This document shows, in pieces, positions 1 to 13,420 of a stretch of DNA of 64,000 nucleotides. Both the position numbers and the translations under genes were made by a program. Source of the DNA: Eledone cirrhosa (taxonomy: Eukaryota); assembly GCA_964016885.1 (NCBI GenBank), contig OZ024741.1, forward strand, positions 125,240,001 to 125,304,000. Direction: 5' to 3'. Each line of letters starts with the position of its first letter. Within the stretch, counting starts at the first letter, position 1. The notes below the pieces were generated by a model. That model had not been told where the DNA came from. It saw only the letters and a program-made list of their open reading frames with translations, and ran no database searches.

Positions 1-425
1 CTATGGTGATGTTGATAGCTATGGTGATGTTGATGGCTATGGTGATGTTGATGGCTATGGTGATGTTGATGGCTATGGTGATGTTGATGGCTATGGTGGT
101 GTTGATGGCTATGGTGATGTTGATGGCTATGGTGGTGTTGATGGGTATGGTGATGTTGATGGCTATGGTGGTGTTGATGGCTATGGTGATGTTGATAGCT
201 ATGGTGATGTTGATGGCTATGGTGGTGTTGATGGCTATGGTGATGTTGATAGCTATGGTGATGTTGATGGCTATGGTGGTGTTGATGGCTATGGTGATGT
301 TGATGGCTATGGTGATGTTGATGGCTATGGTGATGTTGATGGCTATGGTGGTGTTGATGGCTATGGTGGTGTTGATGGCTGTGGTGGTTTTGATTGCTAT
401 GGTGATGGCTATGATGATGGCTGTA
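1..425. repeat. 18-bp minisatellite (ATGGCTATGGTGATGTTG)n, ~23 copies, truncated by window start
   Basis: Direct tandem repetition; the MAMVML ORF is its translation. Confidence 0.95.
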
Positions 426-671
426 TAAGTTTGTATACTAAATATAACCTATAATCAATACATGCGTGGAAGTGACGTCCACCACCAACCAACTTGCCGT
501 CCGGCACTGCGTCCCGGCCGACAGGATGGAGAATGTATTGCTCCGGCGAACAACAAGGGAGACGCACTGAAACAACCACTCAACATCGAGGGGCTCGCAC
601 TTGTGGGAGTTGTTCTACAAAAAAGGCACCAATAAAATAGGTAATATACTTGAAATACGAAATAGGAGCAG

Positions 672-870
672 CAGACCTGTCAACTCTCCCTGTCCGACGG
701 GCAGATCTCCTCCCACCCACTTTGGAGTAGGTGAGAGATGTTTTCTCTTGGGGAAATGGGTATAACTTTCATTATGTTAAATCTTACCATTTTTCCTCAT
801 TTCTCCTCGTTTGGGGGCTATTTTATTTCATGGCACTCCCCGTTTGGGTTTTTAGAGATTGGCAGGTCTG
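672..870. mobile_element. ~200-bp MITE with hAT-like terminal inverted repeats
   Basis: Ends CAGACCTGTCAACTCT ... AGAGATTGGCAGGTCTG; diverged inverted copy at 11488-11682; no clean TSD. Confidence 0.6.
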
Positions 871-1269
871 AGGTACGGGCGTTGAAATTATCGACGAGAA
901 CAGGCACTGCTCCAGCATGGCCGCAATCTAATGACAAACCAGTAAAATCTAAATAAAAAAGAAGTAAATAACTTATAAGTTATCACACGTGATTAATCTA
1001 GCTTAATAAAGGACATTCCAGTAATACGAAATGAGGCAACACATTAACACTTATCGAGATTAGCATATAACATATTAAGTATATTATAAATCTAATGCGT
1101 AAAATTGTGACGCTGAAAGATGTTATCTCGAAGCATACTTACAAGTAATGCGAGGAAAGTATTAAAGAAGCTAATGTGTTTATTTAATTAACGCTTATAT
1201 TACAAACATGATAAATGACGAATTAACAATGTTCATGTTCCTTGCATTTTGAATCCTATTATTAGAGAT

Positions 1270-1672
1270 AGTGCTTTCTTATTTAGGTACAAGGCCAACA
1301 ATTTAAATCTATCCCAGTGTGTTACTGGTACTTTATTTTATCGACTCCGTAAAGATGAAAGACAAAGCTAACCTCGGTGGGATTTAAAATCAGAACTTAA
1401 AGGAACATAACTTTATGTCACAAAGCATGTTGCTCGTCGCTCTACCGATACTGCCAATCCAACCCCTTATTAGAGATAATGGTTTACGATATAGGCACAA
1501 GGCCAACAAATTTTTTTAAGGGGGGGGGGTTAAATCGACTCCAGTGCATTACTGGTACTTTATTTTATCGACTCCGTAAGGTGAAAGGCAAAGCCAACCT
1601 CCGCGGGATTTGAACTCAGAAGGAAAAGGGGCGTAATTATACACTGCCCAACGCTCCACCGACACTGCCAAT
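1270..1672 (-). mobile_element. Two tandem copies of tRNA-derived SINE family A
   Basis: Minus strand shows A-box-like TGGCAGTRTCGG, B-box-like GTTCAAATCC (degenerate in the first copy), body resembling GCCTTTCATCCTTACGGAGTCGATAAAATAAAGTACCAGTAA and tail GGCCTTGTGCCTA. Confidence 0.85.
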
Positions 1673-2023
1673 GTCATTAGAGACACTAAAAAGAATAATT
1701 GTGTATGGTATATACTTGAGAGGGAAAACTGGAGCCGAACATAGGTGTGCGTTTACACTATATTATACTTGAATTATTTATGCGTCCAACAGGTTTTTTT
1801 CCAAATTAGTGAATTAACAGCTTTTACATTCAAGAATGGGTTACAAGATCTACCAATCTATGGTAGGGGCAATAGCGTTGTTAGAACTCCATGTAATCTA
1901 GAAAGAATAATTCCAACGATACCAGGTAATAAGAGTTCTTGCTTTTCTAGTAGGCTCTCATCATATCAGATTCCATTGTGCATTCTAAACGTGTTGCAAA
2001 GTCATATATATGTGTGTGTGTTG

Positions 2024-2129
2024 AACAATGAAAACAAAAGGGAGGTTTAGTGCTTAATCAGTTCATTGTTTTACGATCGTAAAACAATGAACTGATTAAG
2101 CACTAAACCTCCCTTTTGTTTTCATTGTT
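2024..2129. repeat. Perfect 106-bp palindrome with no spacer, centred on CGATCG
   Basis: Arms are exact reverse complements; flanked by (TG)n on the left and (CA)n on the right. Confidence 0.95.
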
Positions 2130-2213
2130 GAACTCACACACACACACACATACATACACACATACATACATACGTACACACACACATACATACACACATA
2201 CATACACACATAT

Positions 2214-2347
<134 letters not shown>

Positions 2348-2362
2348 ATACATAATTACTTA

Positions 2363-2417
<55 letters not shown>

Positions 2418-2775
2418 TGTTTGTATTTGTTTCGCAAGATTGTTGAAAGAGTATCATGCAGTCAATAAATATAGCTGCATCACCAAAATTTCACTTCGAT
2501 TTCTATCATTAGGTAAATACTAATTAGTATATTTTCGATTTTGTTTCGCAACCAGGTAGTTATTTTCCAAAGCTCTTTCGTCACACATTATGTGACCTTG
2601 TCAATTACATTTTTGGCCCTCTGTTACTCCTCCTTGCTTAGTTTTGATCCAGTTACTCTATCTTGTTTTTTCACTCTTTATATTCCTGTAGTGTGTGTAT
2701 GGTATCGGCATGTGTGTGTGTATATGTGTGCTAGTGTTTGTGACATAACATATTGCTACTACCGCAGGTTTCTGC

Positions 2776-2908
2776 GCGTGGTATATGCACGTGGTATATG
2801 CACGTGGTATATGCACGCGTGCTGTGTATGCGCGTGGTATATGCACGTGGTATATGCACGCGTGCTGTGTATGCGCGTGGTATATGGCGTGGTATATGCA
2901 CGCGTGCT
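2776..2908. repeat. Short minisatellite based on GTGGTATATGCAC(GC)
   Basis: Tandem degenerate 13-15 bp units. Confidence 0.8.
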
Positions 2909-3660
2909 GTGTCTGCTCTGCTGCAGCAGGTTTCTGTGTAGGTTTACATTTATCTGCATATGTGTTGTATTTTGTATTCCTTGGCGACTCCCCGTTAGCC
3001 ATCGTATGTTCTTATATATCTATATACGTACATGTGTATACACTCAACTCACTGTAGCCAGCAAATTGGCAGAGTCGTAAGAACGCCGGATAGAATGTTT
3101 TGTGGTATTCATTTGGACTCTTTGCTCTCTCGGTTTAAATCCCGCCGAGGTCATCCATTAAAGGTCTATAAAAATAGTACCAGTGTAGTACTGAGGTCGA
3201 ATCTTCTATATCTCTTTCTCACTTCCATTCTCTCACCCTCTATCCTTCTCTGGAAGAAATCTACTATATTCTAATCTGGAGAGGGGATGGACTTAGCCAG
3301 ATTTAAAAAAGTGCCCTACAAATGCCATATGTCAATACGACGCCTCTACGACTCCCTAGGGAGTTCGGGACCATACATACATACACTTATTCACATCTCT
3401 GTCCTCCTCGCTATGTCTGTCTGTCAGTCTGTACTCCTTCATATTTATACCTATATGTCGGAATATGTTTGTCGTTGTCACTGTATTATTTCTGTTTTCA
3501 TTTGTGGGTGGATTTAATTTCCTCTAAATAAAACCAGATGAAGTGAACAAAGGGAAACATCCAACTGACTATCACTTTAATCTTGAAAATAAAATTGTGA
3601 ATGTTTCACGTAAAATTGCATTTACAACATCCATTCCAATGTGTGTTTGTGTGTGGGTTA

Positions 3661-3740
<80 letters not shown>

Positions 3741-4517
3741 ATGTCGATTCTGTGGGCAAGATTCTATTCAATTGGTGGGCTTTTAAAATTGAAACGATTG
3801 ATTCTGATCTATGAAAGTATGACCATTATTGTAGATGAACGAACAACATCTTGTATGACAAATGAATGTCCTTCCCAGATCACAACATCAAAGAAGTAAG
3901 TCTAAATGCCAACGATGATTTAAATCAATGATTATGGAATGGAATGGCCACAAAAGCTATCACGAAAAAATCAATGATTCGTCAATAAGAAACGCTAAGA
4001 ATCTTGGCATAGCTGCATCTTTTTAATGAGAATATCTGTGAAGTTAAATGCAGAACTCCAAAGCATCTTTGCAAACCTTTAAGAATTTCTGTAAGTTTAT
4101 AATATTCTCTATGATATGGAATAGAATGAACCTACATCGATTTCCACTATAGGTAATTGTTCGGGTCGTTCGATTAACACAAGATACTGTTCGTGAAATG
4201 AACGTGTAAGAGGCTGGGCATTTCGCAGGGAGAATCAACATAATAAAGCTGAGTGTGACAAGGCTGGTCATTCGAATTATAGGTTCAATCCATTCGACTG
4301 GTTTTCAAACACTTTCACTTGCATGGTAGAATCTACCCAGCTTCATTTTACATGGTATGGATCTACCTGAGATAATAGTAAATGACATTTGCCCGTAGGT
4401 ACGAACATGGGACCTAATTGTGGCGAGGCAAACTTCTTGACTCTTAACTATTCAATGAAGCTGCGACTCTAGATAGGTGACTGCGTTAAATAATATAGAT
4501 CTAAAGACACATTGCCA

Positions 4518-4764
4518 AGAAGAAGAAGAAGAAGAAGAAGAAGAAGAAGAAGAAGAAGAAGAAGAAGAAGAAGAAGAAGAAGAAGAAGAAGAAGAAGAAG
4601 AAGAAGAAGAAGAAGAAGAAGAAGAAGAAGAAGAAGAAGAAGAAGAAGAAGGAGGAGGAGGAGGAGGAGGAGGAGGAGAAGAAGAAGAAGAAGAAGAAGA
4701 AGAAGAAGAAGAAGAAGAAGAAGAAGAAGAAGAAGAAGAAGAAGAAGAAGAAGAAGAAGAAGAA
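4518..4764. repeat. (GAA)n microsatellite with internal (GGA)n block
   Basis: Direct reading; pure-purine mirror repeat. Confidence 0.98.
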
Positions 4765-5140
4765 AGCAAGGTAGCAAGAAATGAAATGTCTTTGATCATG
4801 GTTCAATACTTGATCATCGCTAGCCCGTAGCTAAACATCAGTAACAACAACAGTAACTATATACTAGTTACAAAAAGAATTTTTTTTCTTTTAGTCTATT
4901 GTTCTCATATTTCCATTATCTATCATATCTGCCAATACCGACACCGCCAGTAACTACAACGCCCCCAAAACACCCGCCCCACCACTACCGCTGCCTACAT
5001 AGCTATTCTGGCAATAAGAATTGTTATGAAGCCCAAATTTGCCTAGAGATATGTTCTCTTTTATAGATTAGTATAATTATAATGCATGGAACATGTGTGT
5101 CAGTATGTATATGACTTAACCTATATAAGTACAAGTGCGC

Positions 5141-5173
<33 letters not shown>

Positions 5174-5190
5174 GATTTATATATATTTAT

Positions 5191-5246
<56 letters not shown>

Positions 5247-5248
<2 letters not shown>

Positions 5249-5384
5249 CGAAGAAGTTGTGGTAGGGAACCAGATGGACCATAACGCACCAGAGTACTCA
5301 ATACTTAGGGTAGTAGAGTGGGTAATAGGAAAATATATGACCCCGACGGCAGAGCTCAAGCTGTTTCGACGGCTATTTCTGGAC
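5247..5384 (-). mobile_element. (TA)n-embedded mini-element carrying the 3' half of a hammerhead (copies at 28917, 38027, 38282)
   Basis: Minus strand TAGCCGTC-GAAAC...CCGTC-GGGGT; close match to 38027-38162. Confidence 0.65.
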
Positions 5385-5430
5385 TATATAAATGTATATA
5401 TATGTATATATATATGTATATATATATATG

Positions 5431-5462
<32 letters not shown>

Positions 5463-5594
5463 TATATATGTGTGTGTATATGTATTTATATATATGTGTG
5501 TGTGTCTGTGTGTCTGCCTCAGTGTGTGTGTGTGTGTGCGCGTGTGTATGCATATTAATATGGTATTGTATTCTAGAGTAATACAGTGCGTGCA

Positions 5595-5668
<74 letters not shown>

Positions 5669-5700
5669 AAAGAATAGAGGTGTAACACACAAGTTATTAT

Positions 5701-6171
5701 ATATTGGTAAACGGAATAGAAAATGCTGACAAATTGTTCACAGTTGAAAAATGGTTTAATTAGGAATAAAAGAGTATTAGTGATTGTATGGGTTAGTATT
5801 CAGTTGTGGTTTTAAGTTTTTAAGTTTTTACCGGTTGCGCATTTCTAAATGCTTTATAATTTTGAGATAGAGTGTCCGTGCTGTTTGCTCTGATCTGATT
5901 AGTTTGGGAATTCTACCTGTTTTTATGTTAAAAAAGTGGCTCCAATTTGCAAAAATTCTTGTGGTCAAAACAATTTTGATTGGTCGGTAGAGGTCATGTG
6001 AATGTAAAAAATTGATTTTGCGCCAAGACTGTTTTTATGTTAAAAAAGTGGCTCCGGCAAAAATTCTTGTGGTCAAAACAATTTTGATTGGTCGGTGGAG
6101 GTCATGTGAATAAAAAATTGGTTTTGCGCCAAGATTGAGAAATGACTCTTTCACAACAAATATGTGTGTGT

Positions 6172-6245
<74 letters not shown>

Positions 6246-6311
6246 TAGTAGTAAGGTGTTCGATGTTGTGATAATGGTTAGCAGCGATGTGTGTCAAATG
6301 GCTATTAAGAT

Positions 6312-6378
<67 letters not shown>

Positions 6379-6732
6379 GCAGAGTAATTCGTGGTGGCAG
6401 GGATGGTCAGTAAGAATGTGTCTGAAAGCAATGGGGGGTATTTTAGCATGTCAAAAGATATTTTTCAGCTTTTGTCTTATACGGAGAAGTGCGTGTGTGT
6501 GTGTGTGTATATATAAGTCTCTTTGTTGATGTACGCGTGTGTATATGTGTGTGTATATATGTGGGGGGGGGACCAGTATTTTTTTTTTTTTTTATTTTTC
6601 CCCTGGTAAAATGGTGTACATTATTCGATTTTTTAAGTAAAATCGGTTCTCTTAATAGAACATCAAAAATCTTAACAATAAAGGGTGTGAAATGATATTC
6701 ACTATATATATATACACATACATACATTCACT

Positions 6733-6765
<33 letters not shown>

Positions 6766-9700
6766 CATATATATACATATATATATGTGCACATATATTT
6801 TCTTGTGTTGCACCATAGAGCATGTGTGTTTACGTATGTCATTGTGTTTATATGTGGGTAGAGATGTGTGCTGATGTAGGTATGTATGTTGACGTGTGTA
6901 TGTTGTGGGTTCGTCTTAGGGAGAAGTGTTTAGACGGGGTTCGTATTTGTTAATGAAGTAAGATTCCTTGCTGATGCGCTGGGTGTGGGTGGCATTATCT
7001 TTAAATTTGTAGAGGGGAAAGATTCTGAAGTTGGGATGATTTGGGGCGGCACAGGTATCAATGTGTTCACTCAGTGGTATTTTCCTGTATTCCCGTATTT
7101 TGATTTGGGATCTATGGACAGTCATGCGTTGGCGGAGGCTGTTTTTGGTCTGGCCTATGTATTGTTCTCGACAACCTGAACAAGTTAATACATATATTAG
7201 ATTTTCCGATGCACATGTGAAATTGTGTTTTACTATAAAACGTTGTCCATCTTTGAAATAGAATTCCGAACCCTCTATTAGGTTGATGCAAATGCCACAG
7301 TTGGGTCTATCGCATTTTTTTACTGTGGGTTTCGTTGTTGTGGTTGGCAGTACTTTGGCATGTGTTAAGATGTTTTTCATTGACTTGGATTGTCTTTTGC
7401 TCTTTATGATGTCGTGTGTTCGTAGAATTTGGTTCATTCTATGGTCCTTTTTCAATACAGGGATGTTCTGGAGGATGGTGTCAAAGGCCTCATTGTTGAG
7501 GGGGTTGTGTGTGGAGATGTATGGAAGAGCTTTTAGTTTTGGTTGATTTACTTTAGGGCGTCTAAGGTCCTGGGTACTGAGTTTTAGGGCACGTTGGATT
7601 CCATTGTCAATTAGTGATGCAGGGTAGTCCCTGCCTATGAGTGTGTCCTTTAGTTCTTGTAGCCGTAAGTAGCAGATGTTTTTATTGGAGACTATAGTAC
7701 AGATTCTCTTGGCTAAGTTGTAGGGAATATTAATTTTAACGTGTCTAGGGTGGCAAGAGTTGAAGGGGAGAGATTGCTTGGAGTCTGTGGGCTTGTAGTA
7801 TATGTCTGTTTCTATTTTTTTGTTATGGATCTTAATGAGGATGTCGAGGAAGGGGAGTCGTTAATGGCTGTATTCCATCGTGAAGTTAATATTTGTGTTG
7901 AGCCCATTTATAAGGGTGTGAAATTCTTTAAGTTTTTCGATGTTTTCGTGCCAAAGGATGAAGCAGTCATCTAGATATCGCTTCCAGTTCCTTTCAATGT
8001 GTAAGTGGAGGGTGTTTCCAAATTTGTTTAGGACTTTAGTGTAGAGGGTGATTTCCAGGAATCCCATGACTAGGTTGGCATAAGTGGGGGCTGTTTTCGT
8101 TCCCATAGCGGTCCCAGATTTCTGCCTGTAGGGTTTGTTATTGAAAACGAAGTAATTGTTCTCCAAGATAAATTTGAGTCCCTCTATCACGAATTCTTTT
8201 TTGATGCGTTGTGGGAGTTCATTGTGGAAATTATCCAGCCAGAATTGGATAGCTTCTATTCCTAGGTTGTGGGGGATGTTGGAGTATAGGTATGTTGGAG
8301 TATAGGTTGACTACATCGAACGTCACTAGTAGGGTTTGTTCAGAAAGTGGCATATTAGGGAGGTGATTGAGCATATCTAGGTCGTCCCTTATATAGCTTT
8401 TGATGTGCTTGAGGAAGGGTTTGAGAAGGGTATCAATGAAGTTGTTAAGACGGTGCGTTTCGCAAGCGGGGCCTGCTATTATAGGTCTTAATTTGAGATC
8501 ATTGGGTGAGGGGACATTGATGACTATGTCTGTGGCTTCCTTGCATGCCTTACTTATTGATTCGCTTTTATGTACTTTAGGGATACCGTAGAAAAGGCTG
8601 GATTTACTTGTGAAGTCTGTGATGAAGCTGAATTCCTTGTTAGTGAGTCTTTCTTTGTATTGGTTGATTAGAGTTTTTAGGTTTCTCATAATTTTCTGTT
8701 GATTGTAGTGTTCAGCCTTTTCGTAGTATGTTTCGTTTTCCAAAGTGGAGAGCGCTAAGTTGATATAGAATTCTGTCTCCATTAGGACTACTGTACTCCC
8801 TTTATCAGCCTCTTTAATTGTAATGGTTCTGTCGGTTTTTAATCTATTTAATTCTTCCCATTCTTTCTTGTTGAGGTTTGGCTTGTGTTTTTGTCTGTGC
8901 AAGTGTTGGTAAGGGAAGTTTGTGATGTGTTCACAGAATTCGTCCAGGATTTTATTTCTACCTTTTGAAGGGGTGTAATTGCTTCTATTTCTGGCTAATG
9001 ATTCATCCTCATTGTACTGGTCGAATAGTTGTTCACTAAGTCGTAACTTTCTACAGAAGTCTGTGATGTCTTCCTTCATTTCATAGTAGTTAGGACGTAG
9101 TGGGGTCGGTGTGAATTTAAGACCTTTGGAGAGTAAGTTGATAAGGTTGGGTGTTGGTTCTGCACTAGTAAGATTGATAATTTTTATTACTATCGGTTTC
9201 TCCTCCCTGTCTTGTGTTATTTTGTTTGCCTGTATCTGTGTGCTGTGTCTAAAAAATGGTTGGGGTAGAGGGGTTGTCTGCTGATGTTAAGTGGTCTCCT
9301 GTGTTTGTTATATTCCTTGTTGTTGTAAAATGTAGTTCGGGTTGGTGGTTGTAGATTGAATGGGGTGTTCCTGTACTGCGAGTATGGGTGTGTGTTTCTA
9401 TGTGCCATGTTGTATTGTGGTGTTATAAGTGGCCTACGTTGTTGGTTGTATCGTGTGGTGTGGGTTTGTTGTGTATTGTGGAAGCGAGAGTTGAGAAAAT
9501 GGTAATTACCCTGCTGTCCCCTTGAAGCGGGGAAGTTGTTACATCTATCATGGCGGTGGTATATTTTCCCTATGTTTGACGATGAGGCATCCGCGTAGTA
9601 GTTGAGTGATTTGGTATGGTGTCTCCTTGAAGGGGGAAAGTTGTAAATGTCATTCTGGGGGAGATGATTTCTTGGGTTTTTGTTCCTTCTTATGGTAGCG

Positions 9701-10035
9701 AGGTTGGGAAGTTCATCTTCGGTCTGGTGCTTCCTTCTTCGTTTGTTAGAGGCTTGGGGGTTTGAGAAGTTGTTGTGCGGTTCAGTTATGGGTTTTCCTA
9801 TTTTTATGAACGGGTTATTGGAGGTGTAATCCGTTTGAAAAGTCGATTCATAGTGTAGGAACCAAGCGGCACTTTTTTCCCAGCGTTGAAGGGATTTCAG
9901 TTCTTCTCTGTATAAGACATCAGCACTTCTCCGTATAAGACAAAAGCTGAAAAATATCTTTTGACATGCTAAAATACCCCCATTGCTTTCAGACACATTC
10001 TTACTGACCATCCCTGCCACCACGAATTACTCTGC

Positions 10036-10104
<69 letters not shown>

Positions 10105-10105
10105 A

Positions 10106-10140
<35 letters not shown>

Positions 10141-10214
10141 TTATCTTAATAGCCATTTGACACACATCGCTGCTAACCATTATCACAACATCGAACACCT
10201 TACTACTACTACTA

Positions 10215-10260
<46 letters not shown>

Positions 10261-10719
10261 TTGTTGTGAAAGAGTCATTTCTCAATCTTGGCGCAAAACC
10301 AATTTTTTATTCACATGACCTCTACCGACCAATCAAAATTGTTTTGACCACAAGAATTTTTGCTGGAGCCACTTTTTTAACATAAAAACAGTCTTGGCGC
10401 AAAATCAATTTTTTACATTCACATGACCTCTACCGACCAATCAAAATTGTTTTGACCACAAGAATTTTTGCAAATTGGAGCCACTTTTTTAACATAAAAA
10501 CAGGTAGAATTCCCAAAACTTATCAGATCAGAGCAAACAGCACGGACACTCTATCTCAAAATTATTTTTGAAAAGCATTTAGAAATGCGCAACCGGTAAA
10601 AACTTAAAAACTTAAAACCACAACTGAATACTAACCCATACAATCACTAATACTCTTTTATTCCTAATTAAACCATTTTTCAACTGTGAACAATTTGTCA
10701 GCATTTTCTATTCCGTTTA

Positions 10720-10726
<7 letters not shown>
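5701..10726 (-). mobile_element. Penelope-like retroelement (Neptune-type) flanked by ~800-bp inverted repeats, inserted next to (TA)n
   Basis: RT plus GIY-YIG ORF fragments on the minus strand; 5701-6492 is the reverse complement of 9923-10726. Confidence 0.92.
6916..9200 (-). pseudogene. PLE reverse transcriptase-GIY-YIG endonuclease ORF, disrupted
   Basis: Motifs ADKG, FYGIPKVHK, LRPII, FDVVNLYSNI, GTAMGTKTAPTYANL, RYLDD, LPFLD, CDRPNCGIC linker, LIYVLTCSGCREQYIGQT; 16-bp tandem duplication at 8276-8307 (frameshift) and in-frame TAA at 7861-7863. Confidence 0.93.
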
Positions 10727-10779
<53 letters not shown>

Positions 10780-10809
10780 AGGAAGTTATAGTTCACTTGA
10801 AGCATTGTG

Positions 10810-11165
10810 TAAACGTTTGAATTTATAAAGGCAAAACAATGCAGGTATGGACATAGAATAAAAAATGCAAATGCAAAAGATATTGTTGACAATTAGTCTT
10901 TTACCTTCGATTTATTTAACTGCCCTTAATTTTCGAGATAATATCTCTTCTTCGGAGGGAAGTAAAGTGGTTAAACCAGTGTACTAAGCTATTTAGAACA
11001 CTGGTTTAAACGCTTTACTTCCCTCCGAAGAAGAGATATTATCTCGAAAATTAAGGGCAGTTAAATAAATCGAAGGTAAAAGACTAATTGTCAACAATAT
11101 CTTTTGCATTTGCATTTTTTATTCTATGTCCATACCTGCATTGTTTTGGCTTTACAAATTCAAAT

Positions 11166-11170
<5 letters not shown>
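10810..11170. repeat. ~360-bp near-perfect palindrome between (TA)n tracts, hammerhead-like motif in each arm
   Basis: Arms reverse-complementary around ~10990 with a few substitutions. Confidence 0.92.
11018..11060 (+). ncRNA. Minimal type I hammerhead-like motif with variant core CCGAAGA (mirror copy on minus strand ~10920-10962)
   Basis: CCCT-CCGAAGA-A-GAGAT att ATCTC-GAAA-ATT-A-AGGG; palindromic AATT stem III implies dimeric folding. Confidence 0.55.
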
Positions 11171-11224
<54 letters not shown>

Positions 11225-11487
11225 TAGTATACTTCATAGAATAGAATTAAAAGTGCTTTATAAAGCTACTACAATGGAAGTTTTAAATAAAGTTGCCGAT
11301 ACCAAACAAATACAAATAAAACGAAAACAAAGATTTGTACTTTTAGCTAACATTTCAATATTTCGGTGTTACGTTGAACTTAGCTATGAATTGCATACTA
11401 GGGGAGGAATTATATGTAAATTAGGAATGTTATTAGCGACGCGCTTCTCTTACCTGTTGGTGATAGTTGCTACTAATTTATTAATTA

Positions 11488-11682
11488 CATACCTGCCAAC
11501 CTCTAAAAGCCCAATCGGGGAGTGCCATGAAAACAAGTACCCCAAAACGGGGAGAAACGAGCCAGAATGGGGAGATTTTACATAATGAAAGCTATACCCA
11601 TTTTCACAAGAGAAGACACATCTCACTCACCCCAAAGTGGATGGGAGATCTACCCGTCGGACAGGGAGAGTTCACACGCCTG
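11488..11682. mobile_element. MITE, inverted diverged copy of 672-870
   Basis: CATACCTGCCAACCTCT terminus and colinear similarity across ~195 bp. Confidence 0.6.
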
Positions 11683-11691
11683 TAATTATAA

Positions 11692-11903
11692 TGATTTCGT
11701 ATTTAAGCTAAAGACCAATAATTTGGGAGAAGGGAAAGTCGATTAAATCGACACCAGTGTGTTACTGCTACTTTATGTTATCGACCCTGTAAGGATGAAA
11801 GACAGAGCTAACCTTGGTGGGATTTGAACTCGGTAAAGGGCCATAACTATATACCGCAAAAATGTTGTCTCACGCTCTACCGATTCTGCCAATCCACTGC
11901 CCC
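11692..11903 (-). mobile_element. SINE family A
   Basis: Same A/B boxes, body and tail as other copies. Confidence 0.85.
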
Positions 11904-12479
11904 TATTGGTTTATCAACTATAATGATTTCTTCATTAGCCACAAGGTGTTGCATATAGAAATACAGTAAACATCAACAGAGGGCTTAAAATATATTTGAG
12001 TTTTGACAAAGTCAAATAAAAAACGAGTGTAGGTGCAAGGTGCTATAAATAGACATATTTTATTTTATAAAACATGATACAAGGATAAAATTATTATAAA
12101 ACACACAGTAACTAATATTATGATATAAAAAATAAAACCTTCAAGCTTACCCACTCATATACCGGTAGGAAAACAAGTTAAACCGATTCAGAATATCTCG
12201 TGTTTCTCTATACTTTCTGAGAATCACCGAGATCCCCCGTAAGCATTCCTTCGGTGACTTCATCAACAAAACCACCTCCATCTTCTGGACAAAAGTATTT
12301 TATCTCTTCGGACACTGGAGTTCTCGGCAGCAAAACGATCCTTTATTTCCGAGTCCATCCACATATTTTTTCTTTTTATATAAAGTAATTTTATTTCAAT
12401 AGAATACATAGAAATATATACAATTTAATAAATGAGTAACTATATGAAGGAATGGCTATAAAATAATTAGAAGAACACT

Positions 12480-12845
12480 ACAAATATTTTAAAACAGAAA
12501 AGGAAGGAGAAAGCAAGGGCTATAGGGCCACAGAAAAACGGGAGGGGGTGATGGGCTCGAGGCCCAGGGCGTGGTGGTCTTGGGACTGCGCCCCCCCCCC
12601 CCCGCTGACAAGACCGCAAAAGCATTTCCGCAGACAATGACCAGCGATACCCGCTGCAACAGCCACCCCACCTCGCGGGACTCCTTCCACAGACGTGCTG
12701 CTGACATTCCGATCTTGCAGAGGAGCTCGGCAGTATGGAGTCTGAATACGCCTTAGGTCTCGACGGCGACCGGTGGCAAGAGGAAGGGGCTGGACGACAA
12801 TCCCCGGTATTTGTGTCTCTTCCTTCTCTCTGCATTGCCGGCCAC
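12480..12845 (-). mobile_element. 3' fragment of a CRE-clade non-LTR retrotransposon (restriction-like endonuclease C-terminus)
   Basis: Minus-strand translation AERRKRHKYRGL...PVAVET*GVF then, in another frame, LLQRVSLVIVCGNAFAVL, matching the CRE pattern E..K..KY..L..PFAVETLG / QRLS....RGNA. Confidence 0.7.
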
Positions 12846-13212
12846 AGTACAGGGGTTTGTAGACTATGTGACTAAGTTGGAGACAGAGAACGTGTCACAA
12901 TATGTGGCATTGATTTTCAACGTGCAATTCATGTATGTTTGTAAGCAACCTAGTTTAAAACATCTGTAACCCTTAAATTTCCAATATCAACTTCTGTTAT
13001 GATCGTGAAGCTGATATCTTATTTTTCTACTAGTTTATAACAGAATCTTAAGACATCATCAAAAGATCAGAGATAAACTAAGTCTCCATTTGCTCTTGAT
13101 AATGGTTTTCTAAAATATACAAAATAAAAGTGCAAAATTTGATTTGATATTTTTTCTTAATGTTCCATTACTATATTATTTCCAATTTACATTGTAATGG
13201 ATTCCTGAATCC

Positions 13213-13266
<54 letters not shown>

Positions 13267-13284
13267 ACATGTGAGGTGGATGTA

Positions 13285-13342
<58 letters not shown>

Positions 13343-13420
13343 TGCATTCACACACGTACACGCATATATATATAAATGCACTCACACGCGCGTATGTATA
13401 TATATATATATATATATTCT

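Noticed and set aside
3-428. 141-aa hydrophobic MAMVML repeat ORF
   Set aside because: Stop-free 18-bp minisatellite with no unique flanking coding sequence
490-570. GC-rich stretch with GGAG/CTCC hairpin followed by GGCGAAC, HDV-like
   Set aside because: Could not build consistent P1, P2 and P3 pairings
3800-3900. Possible mariner DE..ILYD remnant
   Set aside because: Too degraded, no TIRs or further motifs
9217-10023. 268-aa ORF as a separate gene
   Set aside because: Begins inside the inverted repeat, low complexity; probably PLE 5' region, no recognisable domain
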